From a virus (lineage: Duplodnaviria > Caudoviricetes), in the IMG/VR virus record IMGVR_UViG_3300030106_004177, positions 1 to 37,287 of that record: a stretch of 37,287 nucleotides of DNA; one strand, given 5' to 3'. A program made the position numbers and the translations under genes. Below, piece after piece: positions 18,142 through 27,134 of this stretch; position 1 is the first letter of the stretch; the number at the start of each line of letters is the position of its first letter. The notes beneath the pieces are model-generated. The model was not told the DNA's origin. It was given only the letters and a program-made list of their open reading frames with translations, and did no database searches.

Positions 18142-19626
18142 ATGGCTGTAATTGTAAATCCATTCATGGGGCGTGGCGGTGCAAGCGGGGCAAGTATACC
18201 GTTACAATTACGACAAGTTGCTAGTGGCGCTAGTGGGATTGCCCCACAAGTAACAGCAAGGGGCCGACAGCTTCAAACTGCCGCACCGACTATTCCACGT
18301 AATTCTTTTGCACAAGGCGCGGCGGCGTTTAACAAGTTAGCAGATGATGTTGTAGCGCAAGGGAAAATAAGCCGACAGAAAGCTAATCGTCGCGCAGTGG
18401 TAGAGGGTTTAATGTCAATGGAAAACGCTGATCAAGCCGATGCGTTTAACGTTAGTGCGTTAGGTGACAACGAAATGTTTGGCGATGATGAACCAAATAT
18501 TCCAACATTTTCTGAAACGACTGCCGCTACACCTTCTGCAAAAGTAAACCCATTACAAGAATTAGGCATGGGCAAAAAAGCCCAAGACGCTTTTAAACGC
18601 TATGCCGAAAATGGGATGTATGACGAAGCATTTAGTTTGTATGATACTTTTGTAAAAGCCAAAAAAGACAGAGTTATATTAAGCGAAGGGCAAGCCGCAT
18701 ATGAAGTAGGTGCAGATGGTAATTTAACTGAAAAAGCACAACGTCCAAAAACATTTGCGCCTGTAAAACCTGATGCACCCAAAGTATTTTATGATCGTAG
18801 CACAGGGAAAAACCGCGCCGTTACGTCAGCAGAGTTGAGTGCTAATCCATCAAGGTATACGACTGCTATAAAATCGACAGACTTGTTTGATCCTGACGGC
18901 AAGCCTATTCAAGAAAGAATTGATATTCAACAAAAGTTAGCAAAGGCTGGTGTTGCACAGCCAGAAAACATTTTTAAGAAAGAAATAGCTGAAGTTTTCG
19001 CCAAAGAGTTTGGAACTGCTCGTGAGCAAGCGAGAGATGCTAGAACTAGGTTAGATAATTTTGCAGAAGCCAGCAAAATGTTAGATAAAATAGAGAGCCT
19101 TGGCGGTCAAACTGGTATTGGCTCTGCATTGTTTTTAGAAGCAAAGAAGCTTGGAAATCGTTTATTTGACGCTGGTTTCGATCCAGAGTTGATAGCAACG
19201 GAAGAAGCTTTTGCCGCGAAAACAGGACAACTGGCAATGGATTACATTTCGCAAACCAAAGGCGCTATTTCTGATAGAGAAATGGACAGGTTTGATAAAA
19301 TGTCACCAAATTTGACAACGAGCCTTGAAGGCAATCGTCATTTGATCAAATACGCTCAAATTAGAGCAAGATTAATATTAGATACGCAAAGAGCGATGAA
19401 TAAGTATATGAAAGAAAACAACGGCGTTTTAGATGCAGGGTTTGATGACGAATTAGCGAAATCAACACAAGGCGTAAAAGATGAAATAGATCGTTGGTAT
19501 GTTGAGGCAAGCGACATAGCGCGAACTTCAAACTTGTTTGAGGAAACTGGTGGAGGTTTGCAATCGTCTAATAACAATAGTGGGGGCATCAATGTTCCTC
19601 GTAATTTTTCTATAAGAATAGAATAG
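18142..19626 (+). CDS. DNA-ejection/internal virion protein (P22 gp20-like position)
   Basis: Helical, Ala/Lys/Glu-rich, with a KGAISDRE...PNL motif; position in the ejection cluster. Confidence 0.65.
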   Translation: MAVIVNPFMGRGGASGASIPLQLRQVASGASGIAPQVTARGRQLQTAAPTIPRNSFAQGAAAFNKLADDVVAQGKISRQKANRRAVVEGLMSMENADQADAFNVSALGDNEMFGDDEPNIPTFSETTAATPSAKVNPLQELGMGKKAQDAFKRYAENGMYDEAFSLYDTFVKAKKDRVILSEGQAAYEVGADGNLTEKAQRPKTFAPVKPDAPKVFYDRSTGKNRAVTSAELSANPSRYTTAIKSTDLFDPDGKPIQERIDIQQKLAKAGVAQPENIFKKEIAEVFAKEFGTAREQARDARTRLDNFAEASKMLDKIESLGGQTGIGSALFLEAKKLGNRLFDAGFDPELIATEEAFAAKTGQLAMDYISQTKGAISDREMDRFDKMSPNLTTSLEGNRHLIKYAQIRARLILDTQRAMNKYMKENNGVLDAGFDDELAKSTQGVKDEIDRWYVEASDIARTSNLFEETGGGLQSSNNNSGGINVPRNFSIRIE

Positions 19627-19637
19627 TGTGAGGCAAA

Positions 19638-22031
19638 ATGCCAAAAGCTAAAATAAGCACACCAGACGGTAAAACTCTTGTTATAGAATATCCAGAGGGT
19701 ACATCACAGCAAGAGTTACAAAGTGTTGTTGATAGCGCAGTGCAACAATATACGGCACAAATGCAACAACAACCACTACAACCACCGTTACCAGAACAAA
19801 GTGTCGAGGCTGGTATGCAACGGTTGCAAGAGGCTGGGTCAAATGTTGGTGGTTTTATTCAACGAGGTGTAGGCGCAGTAAAAGATTTTGTGACTGGCGA
19901 AAACCGCACAGAGTTTCCAAATGTTCCAGAGTTACCTAATATTCTGACTCCAAAAGGTATGTCAGCAGAACGTATGTCATTAGCTAGAGGCGATCTTGGT
20001 AAATTTCAGATATTAGAAGACAGTTTAGGTCAACGGCTCAATCAAGGAACAGATCAGTTCGGCAACGTGTTTGTTGATATTACGCCAGAACAGGCAAAAC
20101 AATTCAACATTGAGCCACAACGGTATTATCTCAACAAAGCTGGTATTTCTGGTCAAGATTTCGCTGATTTAGGTACAACCGCCGGAATTGAAGCATTGTC
20201 TATTGGCGCATTGGGAAAAGTTGCAAAACCAATAGGCGGCGCACTTGGGCGTTTGCTCGCAGTGGGTGGCGGTGCGGCTGGCGGTAGCGCCGCGCAAGAT
20301 TTATTAGCTAAACAAGCTGGATCAGACCAAGGTGTTGATTATTTAAACGCTATAGTTTCTGGTGCGTTTGGGATTGGCGGTGAACTAGCAGGGCGTATTT
20401 TAACGCCTGTATTCAGACGATTGTTCACAAGCAATGACATAACACCTGATGGCAATTTAAGTCCGAAAGCTAAACAAGTTTTAGACAGTTTAGGCGTAGA
20501 CTCTGATAATGTCACAGAGCAATGGACACGACAATTTAGCACTGTGAACAAAAAGTTAAACACAGAACAAGCGGCGGCAGTGGCTGATGCTAAAACACTA
20601 CCAGAGCCAATTGACTTAACGGCTGGACAAGCAACACGCGATTTACAAGTGCAAAATCTTGAAAGGAACGCTGAAAGGGGCAACCTTGGGCCAGACGCTC
20701 AAAACATCATCACAACAAAAACAGGTGAACAAAATTTACAACTTTTGAAAAACAGAGAGTTGTTACAAGATGAACTAGGCACAGGCGAAACATTATTATC
20801 AGGTCAAGGCGCTAGATTGGCTGGCGAACAATTAACACGACAAGCTGATCAATTAAAAGAAGCTGGCAACACTGCCTATGATGTTGCAAAAAATGCTGGC
20901 GCAGATTTAGATGCTGGTGGTGTAAAACAGTTTCTTGATGTGCTGAAAGCAAACTTAAAAGACGAATTTCCAGATCCAAAAAGACGAACTAATGTTTTAT
21001 CATCAATTGACAGCCTTTTAGAAGATGCTCCCGCTGATTTCGCTGTAAGCAATAGAGGAACAGTAAGCCCAACAAATTTATCAGCAAAAAGATTAGAAGC
21101 TTTTCGACAAGATTTAAGTGCTTTTGCTAGACAAGAAAGAGGAACAGCAGAAGGAGCCGTATACAACAGCGCGATTAAACAATTAGATGATTTTATCGAA
21201 GGTGCGTTTGATGCTGGTTTAGTCACTGGTGACATAAACGCTCTCAATAAATTTAAAGAAGCAAGAGGTATATGGCGCAATTTGCGACAAAATTACGAAG
21301 GGAAAGATGCTGGTTTAGTTAATAAAATAATAGACAAAGTTAGGGCTGGTGAGGCAGACGCTAACATTGCAAACGTAATTTTCAATGCCAATGATGTTGG
21401 CATGAAAACAGGAGCGTTGCCAGCTATGAGAAAGCTTAAAGAATTGCTTGGAGAAGATAGCCGCGCATTTAAGGGCATAAAAGAAGAAGTGGTTATGCGT
21501 TTATTCCGCAAAAATGACGGCACAAATAATATGGATGCTGAAATGAATCCTATTTTTAGCGGTGATGTTTTTGCTACTTCTTTTAAAAAAGCAATGAAAG
21601 ACTCAAGAGAATTATTGCAAGAGGTGTTCACGCCACAAGAGTTGTCACGGCTACAACAATTTTCACGTGTAGCGCAAAGGGTTACAAACAAGCGAGAGCA
21701 AGTTATAAGCCCTCAATCTGGTGATGCCCCTGTGCAATTTATTCGTAAGTTACTCGAAGGTGTTGGGCCTGTTGGTAGATTAATTTTTGGCGGTGGTGAA
21801 AAAACACGGCAAGCCCTTCTGCGTGGTACGCAACTGCAAGATCTTAAAACGCAAGTTGCAGACCCTACGGCTGGTTTTCGACAACCGAATGACTTTGATA
21901 TGGCAAATAGATTTACAAATCGTCCGAAAATTTTGTTGCCAAATGTGTCAGCGGTAGTCGGTGCCTCTTCTGCAAATCCAACAACAACAGAAGAAATAAG
22001 AAAACAATTACCGCAAAGATTTGGCAGGTAA
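19638..22031 (+). CDS. Large DNA-ejection protein (P22 gp16-like)
   Basis: VTGENRTE, DQFGN, YYLNKAGIS.QD, a Gly/Ala-rich hydrophobic segment and LTAGQAT; 797 aa. Confidence 0.7.
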   Translation: MPKAKISTPDGKTLVIEYPEGTSQQELQSVVDSAVQQYTAQMQQQPLQPPLPEQSVEAGMQRLQEAGSNVGGFIQRGVGAVKDFVTGENRTEFPNVPELPNILTPKGMSAERMSLARGDLGKFQILEDSLGQRLNQGTDQFGNVFVDITPEQAKQFNIEPQRYYLNKAGISGQDFADLGTTAGIEALSIGALGKVAKPIGGALGRLLAVGGGAAGGSAAQDLLAKQAGSDQGVDYLNAIVSGAFGIGGELAGRILTPVFRRLFTSNDITPDGNLSPKAKQVLDSLGVDSDNVTEQWTRQFSTVNKKLNTEQAAAVADAKTLPEPIDLTAGQATRDLQVQNLERNAERGNLGPDAQNIITTKTGEQNLQLLKNRELLQDELGTGETLLSGQGARLAGEQLTRQADQLKEAGNTAYDVAKNAGADLDAGGVKQFLDVLKANLKDEFPDPKRRTNVLSSIDSLLEDAPADFAVSNRGTVSPTNLSAKRLEAFRQDLSAFARQERGTAEGAVYNSAIKQLDDFIEGAFDAGLVTGDINALNKFKEARGIWRNLRQNYEGKDAGLVNKIIDKVRAGEADANIANVIFNANDVGMKTGALPAMRKLKELLGEDSRAFKGIKEEVVMRLFRKNDGTNNMDAEMNPIFSGDVFATSFKKAMKDSRELLQEVFTPQELSRLQQFSRVAQRVTNKREQVISPQSGDAPVQFIRKLLEGVGPVGRLIFGGGEKTRQALLRGTQLQDLKTQVADPTAGFRQPNDFDMANRFTNRPKILLPNVSAVVGASSANPTTTEEIRKQLPQRFGR

Positions 22032-22048
22032 AATAAAAGGAGTTTGTA

Positions 22049-22339
22049 ATGCGAATAGCCGCTACATTGGCGGCATTTTTCTTTTTTATAAATTTTGCTG
22101 TAGCTGAAAAAGTAGGATGCCCACCGCGAGAAAAGCTTATGCAATCTCTTAAAAATACTGGCATGGTAAGCGTTTATCGTGGGTGGTCAGATCGTGGACA
22201 CATAACCGAAATATGGATGCAATTAGAGGGTGATGGCGGCGCATGGGCCGCTGTTGTTCATCTGCCAAACAACCATTCATGCGTTGTTGATCAAGGTATA
22301 AAAGCTACATTACAACTGTCAGGTAAGACGGTAATATGA
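22049..22339 (+). CDS. Small secreted protein with two cysteines
   Basis: Signal peptide ending AVA; C.PR...G.W..VV..P....C pattern resembling alphaproteobacterial hypothetical proteins; AGGAG RBS. Confidence 0.6.
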   Translation: MRIAATLAAFFFFINFAVAEKVGCPPREKLMQSLKNTGMVSVYRGWSDRGHITEIWMQLEGDGGAWAAVVHLPNNHSCVVDQGIKATLQLSGKTVI

Positions 22340-22551
22340 ACATGACACCAGAAGAACGCGACAGGTTGAGTAAAGCGGAGCAAGCAATTGCAGATATGCG
22401 GGAAGATATAGCCGCAATACGCAAAGACACCACACAGCTTACAAAAGCCTTGAATATGTCGCGTGGCGGCTTCTGGGTAGCGTTGAGGTTTGGCGGTGTG
22501 CTTGTGTTGTTAGCTGGTGCTGTAGCGTGGGTATGGGAAGCTATACGCTAA
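22336..22551 (+). CDS. Small coiled-coil plus single-TM membrane protein
   Basis: Heptad N-terminus and hydrophobic C-terminal helix, in the lysis region. Confidence 0.6.
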   Translation: MNMTPEERDRLSKAEQAIADMREDIAAIRKDTTQLTKALNMSRGGFWVALRFGGVLVLLAGAVAWVWEAIR

Positions 22552-22558
22552 TTGTCTC

Positions 22559-22957
22559 ATGGAAGACAACAAAATAAAAAGCCATCAATCCCACAGGCTT
22601 GGCACGTGGGCTGAATTGACGGCGGCGGCTTTTCTAACGAGACGAAAATTTGAGGTGTTTTTACACCTTGGTCAACAATCGCTATGTGACTTAATTGCTT
22701 ACCAAAGGCGCGGAATTGCTGGGCCACCAATTATATTATTAATCGACGTAAAAACGGTAAATTTAGAAACTAAGTCAGGGCCAAGACCGTTAAGCGCAGA
22801 ACAAAAAGCGGCAAAGGTCGTGCGAATGATTGTCGGCACTGACGGCGCTGTCGTGTGTGAATTTGATTTATACGAAAAAGGAAATAGAGGCGTTGAACGT
22901 ATTAACAAAACTAGGGCCAAGTTATCTAGCACCAAAGACCCCGCAAAAGACAACTAA
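22559..22957 (+). CDS. PD-(D/E)XK endonuclease-like protein
   Basis: G..AE..A...L....EVF...DLIA...IDVKT motif. Confidence 0.75.
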   Translation: MEDNKIKSHQSHRLGTWAELTAAAFLTRRKFEVFLHLGQQSLCDLIAYQRRGIAGPPIILLIDVKTVNLETKSGPRPLSAEQKAAKVVRMIVGTDGAVVCEFDLYEKGNRGVERINKTRAKLSSTKDPAKDN

Positions 22958-23096
22958 TGTATGGGCAGAGGTTGACGGTGATAATGTAGTGGTTAAAACA
23001 GAAAGCAGTTCTCTGTTGTTTAATGAACGACAAGCAGAAGAAATAATACAGGTAATACACGCAAATTTGCAAAAACTTAGAGGGAAGAAAAAATGA
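22893..23096 (+). CDS. Hypothetical protein (start uncertain)
   Basis: Fills the gap to the next ORF and overlaps the nuclease 3' end; GAGG precedes TTG 22893. Confidence 0.4.
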   Translation: MNVLTKLGPSYLAPKTPQKTTNVWAEVDGDNVVVKTESSSLLFNERQAEEIIQVIHANLQKLRGKKK

Positions 23097-23224
23097 ACCA
23101 AGTATATGAACTAGCCGCTGACATAAAGGCGTGGTGGCAGAGGCAAACAAAAACCAGCAAAGTGCTGTGTATTGGCGTGGCTGGATTTCTAATTCTTGTC
23201 GGCGTAGCTGAATTGGTTAAGTAG
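23093..23224 (+). CDS. 43-aa single-TM peptide (not in ORF track)
   Basis: MNQVYELAADIKAWWQRQTKTSKVLCIGVAGFLILVGVAELVK; GAGGG RBS and ATGA overlap. Confidence 0.65.
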   Translation: MNQVYELAADIKAWWQRQTKTSKVLCIGVAGFLILVGVAELVK

Positions 23225-23225
23225 C

Positions 23226-23675
23226 TTGCTTACTATTCTTGGATCATTGTTAGGTTTTGGCACTAGCTTTTTGCCAAAAATACTTGGTTATTTTGAGCAA
23301 AAACAAAGTAACGCTCACGAACTTGCAATGCTTGAAAAACAGGCCCAACTCGCAGAGCAAACGGCAAAGTATCAACTAGAGCAAGCGCACGTCGAAAGCA
23401 TGAGCAATGAGATGGTGGCTTTATATGCCAGCAAAGCGCACGAAAAAAATGACGGTTGGGTTGGCACTTACAGGGCGATGGTGCGGCCTACAATAGCGTT
23501 TGCTTTTCTTGGCGCTTATTTAGGGATTAAAGCCGTGTGTCTTTGGAACGCGATGGCAAACGGCGTTGTCGCGGCTGACGCATTGCCCCTGATCTGGGAT
23601 CAGTCAGTGGATAGCCCTGTGTTGGCAAGTATCATTAGTTTCTATTTCGGCAGTCGTATGTTTCAGAAAAGGTAA
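23226..23675 (+). CDS. Putative holin (3TM / GTA-holin-like)
   Basis: LGSLLGFGTS.LP, VRP.I.F and IISFYFGSR motifs. Confidence 0.7.
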   Translation: MLTILGSLLGFGTSFLPKILGYFEQKQSNAHELAMLEKQAQLAEQTAKYQLEQAHVESMSNEMVALYASKAHEKNDGWVGTYRAMVRPTIAFAFLGAYLGIKAVCLWNAMANGVVAADALPLIWDQSVDSPVLASIISFYFGSRMFQKR

Positions 23676-23679
23676 TGCA

Positions 23680-23844
23680 ATGGAAGGTGCAACATTACTG
23701 GATATTTTCAACGCGATTTGGCCTGTGTTGGTAGCTGTAACGGCGGCAATCGTTTTATTTGCTAAAGCGTTTAATCGTTTAGACGTATTAGAAGAGAAGG
23801 TACGGACGTTATTTCAACTGTGGAATGAAAGGGATAAAAAGTGA
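23680..23844 (+). CDS. 54-aa TM plus coiled-coil peptide (not in ORF track)
   Basis: MEGATLLDIFNAIWPVLVAVTAAIVLFAKAFNRLDVLEEKVRTLFQLWNERDKK; AAAGG RBS and GTGA overlap with the next gene. Confidence 0.7.
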   Translation: MEGATLLDIFNAIWPVLVAVTAAIVLFAKAFNRLDVLEEKVRTLFQLWNERDKK

Positions 23845-24032
23845 GTCTTTACAGAAATATCCATAGAAAAAGAGAACGTATAAAAGCACAGAAAGCGGCT
23901 GGTAAAAAACCAGAGAGGATGCGTAAACCTAACAGTAAGGGTGCGCCAACTGACAAAGCGTTTGCTAAAGCGGCTCTAACAGCAAAAGATCGTAAAAAGA
24001 AAACGACTAAACGCAAAACGAGAAGAGCCTGA
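23841..24032 (+). CDS. Small highly basic protein, 63 aa
   Basis: LY.NIH.KR.RI....E.MRKP.SKGAPT..AF pattern recurrent in aquatic phages. Confidence 0.75.
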   Translation: MSLYRNIHRKRERIKAQKAAGKKPERMRKPNSKGAPTDKAFAKAALTAKDRKKKTTKRKTRRA

Positions 24033-24262
24033 TGGCAACGCCAGCAAAAGGTAAGGCTAGGGTTAAAACTGTTAAAAACTCGAAAACAGGCCGCACTAGA
24101 AAAGTTAGTTATGGACAAAAGGGCGCAACAATCGGTAAGCAAGGCTCTGCACGTCAGAGGGCGTATTGCAAGCGTAGTGCTGGTCAGATGAAGAAGTTTC
24201 CAAAGTCTGCAAGAGATCCAAACAGCCCATTACGGTTGAGCCGAAAGCGTTGGAAATGTTAA
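24032..24262 (+). CDS. Small basic protein (DUF6321-like), 76 aa
   Basis: YC.RSAGQMKKFP..A.DPNS.LR..R.RWKC. Confidence 0.7.
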   Translation: MATPAKGKARVKTVKNSKTGRTRKVSYGQKGATIGKQGSARQRAYCKRSAGQMKKFPKSARDPNSPLRLSRKRWKC

Positions 24263-24598
24263 ATGGAACAAATAGACAAAATCTCTCTAGATGTAGCAGT
24301 GTGGTTAACACCTATTATTGCTCTGTCGTTGTCTTTAATAATTGGTTTGGCTTTAAAAAACGCAATAACTAATTTTTTATGTGGCGTTAAATTTATTATG
24401 GGCGAAGCTTTCAATAGCGGTGATTTAGTAATTATTGACGGCACACAACAAGCATTAATTATTAAAGTCGGTTTATATGAAACAATATTTCAGACGCAAC
24501 ATGACGGTCAAACGTTATGGCGGCACGTGCCAAATAGCCGTCTTGATTTTATGAACATCAGCCGTGTTATCCAGCAAATCAATGAAAACGAACAGTGA
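24263..24598 (+). CDS. Truncated MscS (small mechanosensitive channel)-like protein
   Basis: TM helix, then LKN.I.NF..G, F..GD.V.IDG, I.KVGL..T and VPN. The MscS C-terminal domain is absent. Confidence 0.7.
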   Translation: MEQIDKISLDVAVWLTPIIALSLSLIIGLALKNAITNFLCGVKFIMGEAFNSGDLVIIDGTQQALIIKVGLYETIFQTQHDGQTLWRHVPNSRLDFMNISRVIQQINENEQ

Positions 24599-25028
24599 AG
24601 GAAAAGCGCTAATTCGCAAGTGGGAAGGGTTTTGCAGTGATCCATATATTTGTAGCGGAGGCGTGTGGACAATTGGGTACGGCGCGACTAGATTGCTGGA
24701 TGGTAGCCGTGTGTCAAAAGATACGCCGCCTGTCACACAAGACGAAGCGTTAGACCTACTTGAACAACAGCTAATTAGTTACGAAAAAAGTGTCAGTAGA
24801 CTCATTCCCTCTCATTTTTTGAACGTTAACCAATACTCTGCGCTTGTGAGTTTTTGTTATAATCTTGGTAGCAGAAGTCTAAAAGCCTCGACGCTCCGTA
24901 AACATATATTGGCAGAGCGCAATGAACAGGCCGCAGATGAATTTCCTAAGTGGTGTTTTGCGGCAGGACGCAAGCTTAAAGGTTTACAATTAAGGCGGCT
25001 CGATGAACGCCGTTTATTTTTGTCGTGA
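24582..25028 (+). CDS. Endolysin, GH24 phage lysozyme
   Basis: EG.....Y.C.GGVWTIGYG, NQY.ALVSF.YNLG, AADEF.KW and GL..RR..ER.LF. Confidence 0.92.
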   Translation: MKTNSEGKALIRKWEGFCSDPYICSGGVWTIGYGATRLLDGSRVSKDTPPVTQDEALDLLEQQLISYEKSVSRLIPSHFLNVNQYSALVSFCYNLGSRSLKASTLRKHILAERNEQAADEFPKWCFAAGRKLKGLQLRRLDERRLFLS

Positions 25029-25066
25029 ATTATTATCGACGTTATTACGGCAGAAAGGCTTATGTG

Positions 25067-25171
25067 ATGACTACTGAAAAGAAATGTACTTGTGAAGATT
25101 GCCAGTGTAATTGCAACCCAGAAACGTGTGCTTGCAAGTGCCAAAATGAAGAGGACGCTGACGAGGAATAG
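25067..25171 (+). CDS. Metallothionein-like Cys-rich peptide, 34 aa (not in ORF track)
   Basis: MTTEKKCTCEDCQCNCNPETCACKCQNEEDADEE has 8 Cys and a CxCxxCxC motif. AGAAAGG RBS; an alternative in-frame GTG at 25025 overlaps the endolysin stop. Confidence 0.7.
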   Translation: MTTEKKCTCEDCQCNCNPETCACKCQNEEDADEE

Positions 25172-25421
25172 GCGGCGAAACGTAATACTTTATTTTAACT
25201 GGAAAACACGATTGGTCTTCGATTCTAACATTATATTCTGTTATGAAGTGATCAGGTATAGCCTGTAAATAATGTTGCACTTGTTCAACGCACTCTAAAC
25301 GGTCAACAAATCTATCCCCAAGTGTAAATCTTTTTTCTTCTCTAATTTCTGGCACTGCCATGTTTGCAACAAAGCTTATGATAACAGCCGCTTTGTATAG
25401 AGTTGTTTCTATTAAGATCAT
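25071..25421 (-). CDS. Hypothetical protein with a hydrophobic N-terminus
   Basis: Last ORF of the minus-strand operon, with an ATGA overlap. Its 3' 101 nt overlap the Cys-rich ORF in antisense. Confidence 0.5.
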   Translation of the reverse strand: MILIETTLYKAAVIISFVANMAVPEIREEKRFTLGDRFVDRLECVEQVQHYLQAIPDHFITEYNVRIEDQSCFPVKIKYYVSPPIPRQRPLHFGTCKHTFLGCNYTGNLHKYISFQ

Positions 25422-25651
25422 TTTATTCTCCGCAAATTAAACCAAGGTTGAGGCTTGCTTGCCCTAACTTTTTTCTTTGCCCATATTTGGTAGTGATTAC
25501 GTTTGATTTTTTTTGTTACTACCCAATGAGTGCCAGCGTCAGACAAACCCCGATACTTTTGCAACTCTTTGTTGTATTCGGGCAACCATCCCAACTGCCC
25601 CACCTTTTTGCTGTCAGCGATGACGTGCCACCCTTGGGCGTTTTTCTCCAT
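25418..25651 (-). CDS. Hypothetical basic protein
   Basis: 77-aa ORF within the minus-strand operon. Confidence 0.5.
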   Translation of the reverse strand: MEKNAQGWHVIADSKKVGQLGWLPEYNKELQKYRGLSDAGTHWVVTKKIKRNHYQIWAKKKVRASKPQPWFNLRRIK

Positions 25652-25663
25652 AATACTTACCAG

Positions 25664-25759
25664 TTAATGCACAATACTTAATTGTGTTAAGCCGCCATAG
25701 ATTGCTAGAAGATTTAAACTTATTAAACACGCCCACGCTAAAATTTGCACACCTGTCAT
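25664..25759 (-). CDS. 31-aa hydrophobic peptide (not in ORF track)
   Basis: MTGVQILAWACLISLNLLAIYGGLTQLSIVH; AAAGG RBS. Confidence 0.45.
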   Translation of the reverse strand: MTGVQILAWACLISLNLLAIYGGLTQLSIVH

Positions 25760-25853
25760 CGTTCAGCCTTTCTTTGTTTGTTTAACCGTTTCTATGTAAT
25801 AATAAACTGCTTCTTTCTCTTGCTGGTTAAGTGATAACGAAGATAAAAAAATC

Positions 25854-26282
25854 TTAGAAATCAAAATCATCGTCGGTTTCTATCTTTCTCATGCTTGGCG
25901 CAATTGGCGCATGAAACCCGCCGTCTGGCGAGTCTTTCTTTCCAAGCATTGTTAACTCCCCCTTATATTTTTGCAAGACTATTTCGGTAATGTAGCGAGT
26001 CTCGCCGTCCTTATCGTAACTGCGTGTTTGCAGTTGTCCTTCAATGTAGACGGTTGAGCCTTTTTGCAAAAATCTCTCTGCTACACCTACAAGACCTTCA
26101 TTATATATAACAACTTTATGCCATTCCGTTTTTGTTTTTCGTTCGCCAGATTGTTTGTCTTTCCAAGACTCGCTAGTAGCAATATTAAGGTTGCACACTT
26201 TTCCGAAATCTGATTCTCGAACTTCTGGGTCACGCCCAAGATTTCCAATAAGCATAACTTTGTTCAATCCCGCCATTTTCAT
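25854..26282 (-). CDS. ssb: Single-stranded DNA-binding protein
   Basis: NKVMLIGNLGRDPEVR, ATSESWKDK, TEWH.V, VYIEGQLQTR and acidic tail DDDFDF. The start may be 26276. Confidence 0.97.
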   Translation of the reverse strand: MKMAGLNKVMLIGNLGRDPEVRESDFGKVCNLNIATSESWKDKQSGERKTKTEWHKVVIYNEGLVGVAERFLQKGSTVYIEGQLQTRSYDKDGETRYITEIVLQKYKGELTMLGKKDSPDGGFHAPIAPSMRKIETDDDFDF

Positions 26283-26482
26283 TTACCCTTTCGTTTTTGC
26301 AAAATTTGTTTTTGCTCTGTGATGAGTTTAATAATTGATTGCATATTTATGTCACCAGCCGACAGGTTATCTTTGCCCCATTTGAGGGCATAGGTAGCGG
26401 CGGCGTTAAACTGCTTTGCGGTGGTCGCTTGTGCAATCTTACGTTTTAATTCTATTAATTCTTTGGCTTGTTTTTCATTCAT
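26279..26482 (-). CDS. Hypothetical protein
   Basis: 67-aa ORF overlapping both neighbours. Confidence 0.6.
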   Translation of the reverse strand: MNEKQAKELIELKRKIAQATTAKQFNAAATYALKWGKDNLSAGDINMQSIIKLITEQKQILQKRKGK

Positions 26483-27134
26483 TTTTTTTACCAGTTAATG
26501 CACGATACTTACTTGTCCGTAACCCATTATATACAGCGGTCAATTCGTCTTTATCTTCTTGCGTCAAAGACTCCAACTCAACCATCTGTTTAATTGCTTG
26601 CCTATTTGCTTCTAATGCTTCAAGTGTTTGGGCTTGTTGCAATTTATTGATTAGCATAGTTAAAACTTGTTTGCTTGCTTTGTCTTTAAGTGCAGAAGTA
26701 GTTTGGACATTCGACGGCGCTTCTGGTTGTTCTTCTGTTAATGGTATTTCACTGTCGGCGTAGAAAAACCCTTGCAAATTAAGTGCTTCTAATATCGCTC
26801 GATCTAACGCCCTCTTATACGCCATCATCACAGGATAAGCATTTTTATTGTTTTTAGGATCTGCCTCTGCAACTGAACAAAACTGTTGGCCCTCTGCATT
26901 TTCTACAGACAGAAAACACGTAGCTTTATTTAATTCTGCATAGAACTTTATATCAACGCTACTTGGAATTGGTTTAATCTTTTGCAGACCCGCAATTTGT
27001 TTTAAATACTTGTGCTTAATAATTTTCATACCACTTTGCTTATGAAGCCATACAGCATCTCTAAAATCGCTGTCAGATGGTAAAAACTCGCGTAGCCGTT
27101 TGTCGCTACTTTCTAACGGTGTATTGTTTGCCAT
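26475..27134 (-). CDS. Putative single-strand annealing protein (recombinase partner of the exonuclease)
   Basis: Lies between exonuclease and ssb; EA.P.N.KN.YP..MA.KRA.DR.IL....L...Y..SE motif; TTTGGAGAA RBS. Confidence 0.55.
   Translation of the reverse strand: MANNTPLESSDKRLREFLPSDSDFRDAVWLHKQSGMKIIKHKYLKQIAGLQKIKPIPSSVDIKFYAELNKATCFLSVENAEGQQFCSVAEADPKNNKNAYPVMMAYKRALDRAILEALNLQGFFYADSEIPLTEEQPEAPSNVQTTSALKDKASKQVLTMLINKLQQAQTLEALEANRQAIKQMVELESLTQEDKDELTAVYNGLRTSKYRALTGKKNE

Noticed and set aside
126-22164. Numerous minus-strand and alternate-frame ORFs of 60-160 aa in the ORF track overlapping structural genes
   Set aside because: Shadow ORFs of long genes with no RBS or recognisable motifs. 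Only the 5713-6476 cassette has independent expression signals.
22559-22957. Nuclease as part of an intron/intein or a restriction-modification pair with the methyltransferase
   Set aside because: It is free-standing, no interrupted gene or intron structure flanks it, and it lies 7 kb from the methyltransferase in a different operon.
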